Shown piece after piece: positions 56,969-64,000 of a DNA stretch of 64,000 nt (within the stretch, counting starts at the first letter, position 1; each line of letters opens with the position of its first letter). The stretch is from Deltaproteobacteria bacterium (GTDB taxonomy: Bacteria; Myxococcota_A; Polyangia; Polyangiales; Polyangiaceae). The position numbers and the translations under genes are program-made. Under the pieces are notes generated by a model, which was not told the origin of the DNA, did no database searches, and saw nothing but the letters and a program-made list of their open reading frames with translations. The stretch covers positions 11,695-75,694 of the forward strand of contig JAYTOL010000037.1 of the NCBI GenBank assembly GCA_043747815.1, given 5' to 3'.

Positions 56969-59878
56969 ATGCGCTACGTAATAGGTTGCGTTCTCTTCGT
57001 GTCCACCCTCGGGGGGTGCAAGCCGAACGAAATGGGGGGGGGCCGATCCCCGGCGCTAGCCGCCGCCGTAGGAGTACAGCGCGCATTGTTCGTGTCCGGA
57101 GGTCGTTCCCTCGAGCTCGAGTTTCTGGGGGACGACCTGCTGCATTTCCAAATTTCTGGTGTGGGTCCGCCCCCGGCCGCAACTGACGCCATCGCGATCA
57201 CGCCGCAAGTGCTGAAGACGGATTACACTGGACCGACGATGTTCGTTAGAGACGGCAACACGTTTAGGACGAGCGAGCTCCAGGTGGTCGTTGCCGAGCC
57301 AAGCTTGTGCCTTAGCCTCACTGATACGGCGCGGCAAGTCGAGCTAACGACCATCTGCCCTCTCGATCTGGGTCAAGTAGGCCAGCGGCTGAGCATCGCG
57401 CGGGGCGTGATGCAGAACGCTTACGGGCTGGGTGAGGAGTTCTGGCCCGGTGCCGATCCCGATGGGGACTGGATCGGGCGCGTGCGTTCGTCGCCAGACC
57501 GATTGGGCAATAAAATGGCCCCCTACAACGACGGCAGCGACGCCAACGTACAGCTACCCGTGCTCTACGCGCTTGGCCCTGGCTCGTCCAACTACGGACT
57601 CTTCGTCGACCACATCTACACTCAGACGTGGGATTTCACCGCCGAGCCTTGGCTACTTCGAACTGAAGGGGACGCCATCCGCGGCTATGTGATGACAGGC
57701 GCCGATCTGCCCGATCTGCGAACCGATTACATGGACCTGGTGGGCCACCCGATCGTGCCGCCCAAACAGCTCTTCGGCGTGTGGGTTTCGGAGTTCGGAT
57801 ATGACGATTGGACCGAAATCGATGGCAAGCTCGAAACGCTACGCGCGCATGCGTTTCCCGTTGATGGCTTCGTCCTCGATGTGCAGTGGTTTGGCGGGGT
57901 CGCGGGCGACTCGGACGCTTCCAACATGGGGCGCCTCACGTGGGACGCGGGTCATTTTCCAGAACCCGCGGCTAAGCTCGCCAGCTATGCCGCAGATGGG
58001 ATTGGGATAATTCCCATCGAGCAGTCATACGTGGGCAAGAGCCTAGCCGAGCACGCAGACCTCGAAGGCCGAGGCTTCCTGATTCGCCAATGCGCCGGCT
58101 GCGTGCCAGTCTATCTCTCATCAAATCCCTGGTGGGGGAAGGGGGGAATGATCGATTGGACCGAAGGAGCGGCCGGCGACTACTGGCATGACCAAAAACG
58201 GCAGCCGTTGATCGCGGATGGCGTGCTCGGCCACTGGCTCGCTTTGGGCGAGCCAGAAGCATACGATGCTAACGATTGGGCAAGCGGCGTATTGGTCGGT
58301 AAACACGCGCACGCTGACTACCACAACATGTACAATTTCGAGTGGGCCAGGAGCGTTGCTCGCGGCTACGCGCGCAACCTCGTTACGCGGCGGCCCTTCA
58401 TCTTGGCGCGTTCGGGTGCCGCCGGTATCCAGCGCTTCGGCGTCGCGTTGTGGTCGGGAGACATTGCGAGCCGGATGGGTAGCTTGAGGGCGCACCTGAA
58501 CGCGCAAATGCACATGTCGCTCTCAGGCATCGACTATTTTGGTTCGGACGTGGGTGGGTTCGCTCGCGACAGGCTCGACAGTGATCTCGATGACCTGTAC
58601 ACACGCTGGCTAGCAAATAGCTTGTGGATCGACTTGCCAGTTCGGCCTCACACCAACAACAGCGATCCCAGGCAACCACGAGAGACAGCGCCCGACCGCG
58701 TTGGTAACTCCGTGACAAACCTTGCCAACATACGCCAGCGCTACGAGCTCGTTCCCTACCTCTATTCGCTGGCGCATCGTGCCTACACGCATGGCGAACC
58801 CTTCGCCCCCCCAGTCGTGCAGTACTATCAGAACGACCTCAACGTGCGTCGCCTCGGCAGCGAGAAGCTCGTCGGTAGAGACGTGCTAGTGGCCTGCATC
58901 ACAAACGTCGCACCGCCCGCGCCAGAGCCCCGGGGGAGCGATCGAGGGGTCTATTTACCCGCCGGCGACTGGGTCAACTATCACACCGGACAATGGTTCC
59001 ATAGTTCCGGGCAGCTCTATGGTGGGCAACCCCTTTGGGTCGACGGCATATTGCGCGTTCCGGTCTACGTACGAGCGGGGGCGATCCTGCCAAAAATGTA
59101 CGTCGACGCACAAACGCAGAACGCGCTGGGCCGCCGTGCGGACGGGACCACGCGGAACGAGTTGATCGTGCGCGCCGTCACGGCTGCCCGCGAAACCCAT
59201 TTCACGCTCTATGAAGATGACGGCACTACGATCGCGTATCAGGGTGGAGCAGTACGCCAGACGCTCCTGTCGCAGAACACGAGCGGCTCGGAGTCAATTG
59301 TGACGATCGGAGCAGCGACGGGCGCGTATGAAGGGGCGCCAAGCAGCCGGGACAACGTCGTCGAGCTCGTCACTGACGGCCGTCGCGCGATATCGGTCCA
59401 CCTGAACGGGGCCGCGCTCAAAGCGTTCGCGAGGTGCGCCGAGCTCGATTCTACTCCGAGCGGCTGGTGCAACCTCGGTCGCGGCGTGGTGCGGGCCAAG
59501 TCTGGAAACCAGGGCGTGAACCGTCCAAAGGTGTTCTCGTTCGCGACCGAGACCGACCCGAAGGTGGCCGCCCACTTCGTGTGTGACGGCTTAGCGTCGA
59601 AAGCGGGCGAGTCTGTCTACGTCGTGGGCAACGTGCCGGTGCTCGGCAACTGGCAGCCGGACAAGGGCGTAAAGCTCGAGCCAAACGGCCCCTTCCCGCG
59701 GTGGACGCGGACGCTGGAGGACCTACCCCCCAACGCGTCAATCGAATGGAACTGCGTCAAGCGCTCGGATACGACCCCATCGAGCTCGAAGATCGAGTTG
59801 CAATCCGCTCGCAAGAACCACTTCACGACTCCGGCCTTCGGCCACATTGGTACGATCTTCGGCACCTTTTCGCCCTGA
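56969..59878 (+). CDS. GH31 alpha-glucosidase/transglucosidase-family lipoprotein with a C-terminal CBM20 starch-binding domain
   Basis: Lipobox LFVSTLGGC|KPNE. GH31 core: DGFVLDVQWFGG, HWLALGEPE, RSGAAGIQRFGVALWSGDI and FGSDVGGF. CBM20-like tail: HFVCDGLASKAGESVYVVGNVPVLGNWQPDKGVKL...WNCVKR. Confidence 0.8.
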   Translation: MRYVIGCVLFVSTLGGCKPNEMGGGRSPALAAAVGVQRALFVSGGRSLELEFLGDDLLHFQISGVGPPPAATDAIAITPQVLKTDYTGPTMFVRDGNTFRTSELQVVVAEPSLCLSLTDTARQVELTTICPLDLGQVGQRLSIARGVMQNAYGLGEEFWPGADPDGDWIGRVRSSPDRLGNKMAPYNDGSDANVQLPVLYALGPGSSNYGLFVDHIYTQTWDFTAEPWLLRTEGDAIRGYVMTGADLPDLRTDYMDLVGHPIVPPKQLFGVWVSEFGYDDWTEIDGKLETLRAHAFPVDGFVLDVQWFGGVAGDSDASNMGRLTWDAGHFPEPAAKLASYAADGIGIIPIEQSYVGKSLAEHADLEGRGFLIRQCAGCVPVYLSSNPWWGKGGMIDWTEGAAGDYWHDQKRQPLIADGVLGHWLALGEPEAYDANDWASGVLVGKHAHADYHNMYNFEWARSVARGYARNLVTRRPFILARSGAAGIQRFGVALWSGDIASRMGSLRAHLNAQMHMSLSGIDYFGSDVGGFARDRLDSDLDDLYTRWLANSLWIDLPVRPHTNNSDPRQPRETAPDRVGNSVTNLANIRQRYELVPYLYSLAHRAYTHGEPFAPPVVQYYQNDLNVRRLGSEKLVGRDVLVACITNVAPPAPEPRGSDRGVYLPAGDWVNYHTGQWFHSSGQLYGGQPLWVDGILRVPVYVRAGAILPKMYVDAQTQNALGRRADGTTRNELIVRAVTAARETHFTLYEDDGTTIAYQGGAVRQTLLSQNTSGSESIVTIGAATGAYEGAPSSRDNVVELVTDGRRAISVHLNGAALKAFARCAELDSTPSGWCNLGRGVVRAKSGNQGVNRPKVFSFATETDPKVAAHFVCDGLASKAGESVYVVGNVPVLGNWQPDKGVKLEPNGPFPRWTRTLEDLPPNASIEWNCVKRSDTTPSSSKIELQSARKNHFTTPAFGHIGTIFGTFSP

Positions 59879-59957
59879 GCGAGCCGCCGCGCAGCACGGC
59901 AGGAATGTGTCGAGCCCGGTTCAAAAATGGCGGAATGGGAGCAGGAGGACCGTGCCG

Positions 59958-61832
59958 ATGATCTGCAAGGTGGGTATCGCCTGCCGCGCCGCGTGCTTGA
60001 CCGGAGCCCTGACAATGACAGGCGCATGCGCAGGCCCGCACGTGAGCGCCGCCGCCGCGGAAGCACTGACCATAACGATCCTCGGAAACGCCGAGTTCGA
60101 GGTTGGCAGTAACGTCACCTTTCGCGTCCCATCGTGTCCGCGCGGAATGGAAGCCCACGTACGGAATGCTTGGGGAGCATTTCCGATCGAGATAAGGCGC
60201 GGGTCTGCCGACAAGTCCTGCGTGCTTGCGTTCGGAGCGCCGGTTTCCTCCACCATCGGGCTCGCGACAATCGAGGCCTCGGCAAATGGAAGGAGCATAA
60301 AAAAGCCGATCTGGGGCCGTCCGCCGGCATTGCCCCTCCACGATTCACCAGCCAAAAATGTCAATCCACCAGAGGTTCATCTCGATCCTTCTCGTCGGGC
60401 CGTGAATTTGAGGCGTACGGGGCATTTTACCTGGTTGCCTGCAGGGACGAGCCTCGCTAGCCTAGTGAGCGATTCTCTGCGTCATGACGTGCAGGAAGGC
60501 TATGCTCGAGCATTGGCGCAGTTGGCGCGTGCCCGCGCTGACGGAAACCAAGCAAGTCTCCTGACCTGTTTCGAGGGTGAGGCGCTAGAGCAGGCGCGCG
60601 TCGCCGTCCACATGGGCACACGAAGTGCGTTGTTTCGGGAGGAGATCGATATTGACCACGAGCTCCAGGTCGCAGACATTGATGCCAAGCTAGGTACCCT
60701 GACGCTTGTGGACTACGCGGCTAGCGTCTATCGCGTCGATCGCGACCGACGCACACATGAGGCTGTGAACACTGAGTTCGTGGCAGCCGATTGGTCAGTG
60801 AGAATGCGCTTGAGGGAGGGCATTTGGCGCGTTAGCGCCTTGACCCGTCAGGCGGAATCAAGCCCCACCCCCCCGCCGCGCCTGACGGGATCCGGCGGGC
60901 GGTTCGTCCGTGCGAGCGGCACAAGTTTGATAGCGCCCGACGGCGGGCCTCTGACCCTCAGGGGATTCAACTACTATCCGAGTCAGGCCGCTTGGGAAAA
61001 GTTCTTCCCGAAGTATTCAAAACGGCAAGTCGAGTTGGACCTCGAGGCGATAGCTCGTGCCGGTGCCAACGTGCTCCGGATCTTCATTCATGTCGAGGCG
61101 TGCGCCGCCGAAGGATCGGCGTGGGAATGCCAGGAGAAGCTTCAGCACCTCCTCGAAACCAGCCGCCACCTCGGGTTATACGTGATAGCAACACTCTTCG
61201 ACTTTCAGCCAGGCTACAGCCTCGATCGTTGGCACGCCGCCGACCGCTACCTGGAGCAATGGGTGACGCCCTTCTCCCAGGAACCAGCGCTGCTGGGATG
61301 GGACCTGAAGAATGAGCCCGATCTCGATCGCCGAAATGCTGCCGACGACGTCGATCGGTTTTTACAGTTCTTTTTGGAACGGGTTCGCGTCTACGATACC
61401 AACCACCTATTGACGATCGGCTGGCAAAGCAACCAGACGGCGTGCGACCTGGCAGGTAGCGTCGATTTCATCAGCTATCACGACTACGGCGACCCCGCGA
61501 CCATTGGCGAGCGAGCAAAGCGTGTCCTTGGACGGTGCGGCTCCAGGCCTGTCGTTCTAGGGGAGTTCGGCACACCCAGTGACGACAGCGCTCCGATCTC
61601 GCAATACGACTACTTCGATAGCGCTGCTGCTTCCCTCGCCAGCGTGATGCTCGCGGGGACCCTCATTTGGACATGGAATGATTTCGACTCGACCCCGACG
61701 TCCGTCAGTGGCGGCAACGACTGGGCCGCCTCGAGGGAGACGCGTTTCGGCATGCTCGACCTGAGCGGTGAAGCCAAACCCGCATTCTCGATTGTGCGCG
61801 AGCATTTTCTCAATCGAGCAGTTAGAAAGTAG
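59958..61832 (+). CDS. GH5-like (clan GH-A) glycoside hydrolase lipoprotein with an intact catalytic dyad
   Basis: AGGAGG lies upstream of ATG 59958. Lipobox-like LTMTGAC|AGP. Catalytic features: NEP in WDLKNEPD, HDY in ISYHDYG, nucleophile in VVLGEFG, and a W in LIWTWNDF. It shares an N-terminal ~200-aa extra domain with the 46011 paralog. Confidence 0.7.
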   Translation: MICKVGIACRAACLTGALTMTGACAGPHVSAAAAEALTITILGNAEFEVGSNVTFRVPSCPRGMEAHVRNAWGAFPIEIRRGSADKSCVLAFGAPVSSTIGLATIEASANGRSIKKPIWGRPPALPLHDSPAKNVNPPEVHLDPSRRAVNLRRTGHFTWLPAGTSLASLVSDSLRHDVQEGYARALAQLARARADGNQASLLTCFEGEALEQARVAVHMGTRSALFREEIDIDHELQVADIDAKLGTLTLVDYAASVYRVDRDRRTHEAVNTEFVAADWSVRMRLREGIWRVSALTRQAESSPTPPPRLTGSGGRFVRASGTSLIAPDGGPLTLRGFNYYPSQAAWEKFFPKYSKRQVELDLEAIARAGANVLRIFIHVEACAAEGSAWECQEKLQHLLETSRHLGLYVIATLFDFQPGYSLDRWHAADRYLEQWVTPFSQEPALLGWDLKNEPDLDRRNAADDVDRFLQFFLERVRVYDTNHLLTIGWQSNQTACDLAGSVDFISYHDYGDPATIGERAKRVLGRCGSRPVVLGEFGTPSDDSAPISQYDYFDSAAASLASVMLAGTLIWTWNDFDSTPTSVSGGNDWAASRETRFGMLDLSGEAKPAFSIVREHFLNRAVRK

Positions 61833-61950
61833 AAAGTGACACACTGCCCCCGGCTGGTCTGTAGCTGGCCAGGCGGGTTCGTGGCTTAACGCTTGCGGCT
61901 AGGGTCGCGTTTGCCATTTTTCGGTCGGTCTCCAGGTAAGGCGAGGCTAC

Positions 61951-64000
61951 TCAGGAGCTTGCATTTGTGCTGCCGGGCGTGCCTGGCGTGTGAACCAGGC
62001 CGCAGCGCTCCAGAGTCGCGGAGAGATCCTCGAGGCTGACCGGCTTGCTCACGTAATCGTCCATGCCCGCGGCCAGGCATTGCTCCCGATCGCTGGGCAT
62101 CGCGTACGCGGTGAGCGCGATGATGGGAACGCGCCGATCCAAGCCAGGTACTTGCCCGTCGCGTATCTGACGTGTGGCCATGTAGCCATCGATGCCTGGC
62201 ATCTGGCAATCCATGAGCACCGCATCATAACGCTCGCAAGCGAGCATAGCGAGCGCCTCGGCTCCGTCGTTGGCGACGTCGACGCTGTGACCTAGCTTCT
62301 CGAGCAAGCGCCGCCCCACGAACTGATTGGTGCGATTGTCTTCGGCCAAGAGGAGACGCAGGCTCCGGGACGCGAACTGTAGCGCCACCCGGGGCGTCGT
62401 CGAATTCGTCGGCGCCTTCTGTTCCGCGAGCGCGCGGCTTAGGCCTGCATGGAGGTCGCGTTTTCTCACCGGCTTGATCAAGATGGCGTCGAAGTCGTTC
62501 ATGCTCGTCTGAGCCGGCCTCGCCAGCCCGTGATCGGAGGAGAGGAGCAATAGGGGCGTGCTACGGATCAGCGAATTGCTCCGGATCCGGCGCGCGAGCT
62601 CCACACCGTCCATGTCGGCGAGGTGCCCATCCAGCAGGGCGGCGTGATACGGAAGGCCGGTTTGGGCTTGGGATAGCAAGCGGTCGAGGGTAGCACTGCC
62701 CGTCTCGACGGTGTCTACCTGCGCGCCCCAACTGCGCAGTTGACCAGCGATGATTTGTCGGTTCGTCGCGTTGTCGTCCACCGCGAGGATCCGCAACGAC
62801 GCTGGCAAGACGAGCAGTGCTGGAACGTGGCGACCGCTGACCTTGGGCAGCGGCAACTCGAACCAAAACGTGGAACCACGGCCAAAAACGCTTGCGAAGC
62901 CGATTCTACCGTCCATCAGCTCGACCAAGCGGCGCGAGATGGCAAGGCCAAGTCCCGTGCCGCCGAAGTGACGCGTGGTGCTGCCGTCGGCTTGCACGAA
63001 GGGCTGAAACAGTTGCTTTTGGGCCTCGCTGCGTATGCCGATGCCAGTATCAGCGACTTGAACGTTGAGCACCAGCTCTGTTTCGGTCTCTTCCAGCGCT
63101 CGCACGATCACGCTGATTTCCCCGCATGCGGTGAATTTGATCGCATTGCCCAAGAAGTTGGTAAAAACTTGACGGATCCGGAGGGGGTCACCGTGCAGCC
63201 AGGGCAGCGTCGTCCGGCCGAGGTCGCAACACAGCTCCAGGCCCTTCCGTTGAGCATTCGGTGCGAGTGGCATGAGAGCCTGCTCAAACAGCTCGTTCGG
63301 GTCAAACTCGTCCCGGGTCACGCTCAGCTTGCCCGCCTCGATCTTTGATAGATCGAGAATGTCGTTGATGATGACGAGCAGCGTGTCAGCACTATTTTGC
63401 ACGATCAGTGCCATCTCGTGCTGAGCCGTCGTGAGCTCGGTGTCGAGCAGCAGGTCCAGCATACCGATCACGCCGTTCATGGGGGTGCGAATCTCATGAC
63501 TCATGTTGGCCAAGAACTCCGACTTCAGCTGTGATGCCTCGAGCGCCTGATCGCGTGCTTCCGCGAGTGTTTGCTCGAGCTGCTTGCGCTGGGTCACGTC
63601 GGTATGCGTACCGAGCATGCGGCAAGGGCGCCCTTTTGAGTCGCGCCGCACGACTTTGCCGCGTGATGAAATCCAGCGGTAGACTCCGTCTTTCCCCTTC
63701 ATGCGGTACTCGTGTTCGTAGGGCTCGGTTGCGGCGCTGGAATGGTGCTTTGCGAGCAAGGCCAGCACGCCAACGAGGTCGTCGGGATGGACGCGCGCCG
63801 GTGCGTCTGTGGAGATGGCCTCCTGTTCATCGTAGCCGAAGAGGGCGCGCCACTGGCGGGAATAGAAGACCTCTCCCGTTTCCATGTTCCAATCCCAGAC
63901 GCCGTGACCGCTGCCTTCGAGAGCGAATTTCCAACGTTCCTCGCTTTCGCGCAGCGCGTCCTGTGCGAGCTTGAGGCTGGTGATATCGCGGTTGACCCCC
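61951..64000 (-). CDS. Hybrid sensor histidine kinase with PAS domain(s), HisKA-HATPase core and two receiver domains (N-terminus beyond window end)
   Basis: H-box SHEIRTPMNGVIG; G-boxes DTGIGI and GGTGLGLAI; two REC domains (ILAVDDNATNRQ...D; LLLAEDNRTNQF...VLMDCQMPGIDG). The reading frame stays open upstream of ATG 63885 to position 64000 (..ALRESEERWKFALEGSGHGVWDWNMETGE, a PAS sequence). Confidence 0.9.
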   Translation of the reverse strand, partial: GVNRDITSLKLAQDALRESEERWKFALEGSGHGVWDWNMETGEVFYSRQWRALFGYDEQEAISTDAPARVHPDDLVGVLALLAKHHSSAATEPYEHEYRMKGKDGVYRWISSRGKVVRRDSKGRPCRMLGTHTDVTQRKQLEQTLAEARDQALEASQLKSEFLANMSHEIRTPMNGVIGMLDLLLDTELTTAQHEMALIVQNSADTLLVIINDILDLSKIEAGKLSVTRDEFDPNELFEQALMPLAPNAQRKGLELCCDLGRTTLPWLHGDPLRIRQVFTNFLGNAIKFTACGEISVIVRALEETETELVLNVQVADTGIGIRSEAQKQLFQPFVQADGSTTRHFGGTGLGLAISRRLVELMDGRIGFASVFGRGSTFWFELPLPKVSGRHVPALLVLPASLRILAVDDNATNRQIIAGQLRSWGAQVDTVETGSATLDRLLSQAQTGLPYHAALLDGHLADMDGVELARRIRSNSLIRSTPLLLLSSDHGLARPAQTSMNDFDAILIKPVRKRDLHAGLSRALAEQKAPTNSTTPRVALQFASRSLRLLLAEDNRTNQFVGRRLLEKLGHSVDVANDGAEALAMLACERYDAVLMDCQMPGIDGYMATRQIRDGQVPGLDRRVPIIALTAYAMPSDREQCLAAGMDDYVSKPVSLEDLSATLERCGLVHTPGTPGSTNASS

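Overview
High-GC, gene-dense chromosomal segment with myxobacterial hallmarks: a MYXO-CTERM-type tail, Myxococcus-type cysteine-rich repeats, a DUF1552/DUF1592-type pair and many lipobox lipoproteins. I call 37 protein-coding features and found no rRNA, tRNA, CRISPR array, transposase or integrase. Positions 1-20300 are mostly core metabolism: metH with a SahR-like regulator, glgP, a glutathione peroxidase, a transketolase-family enzyme and a Weimberg-type lower pathway. This stretch is interrupted by a tightly coupled SNF2 helicase + SbcD/Mre11-like nuclease + hook-less SbcC/Rad50-like ATPase cassette (4075-11452). Positions 20600-30000 are accessory envelope genes: three tandem lipoprotein-tethered cytochrome-c-like paralogs, a frameshifted Cys-rich/RCC1 lipoprotein, a RelE/ParE toxin-antitoxin pair, and a CBM-lipoprotein/DUF1592/DUF1552 operon. 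Positions 31300-61800 hold my top candidate for an undescribed system, a composite envelope-glycan locus. It contains a GT4, a TPR + outer-membrane barrel, a MYXO-CTERM giant protein, a polyprenyl-phosphate-sugar-synthase-type GT2, a giant GT-C-like membrane protein and two membrane-associated metallophosphoesterases. It also has a GH5-like protein with both catalytic Glu replaced by Ala, its active paralog, a lectin/Calx-beta/copper-radical-oxidase lipoprotein and a GH31-CBM20 enzyme. An HME-RND pump with an unusually short adaptor interrupts the locus. All functional calls come from reading motifs in the translations; nothing was searched against databases.
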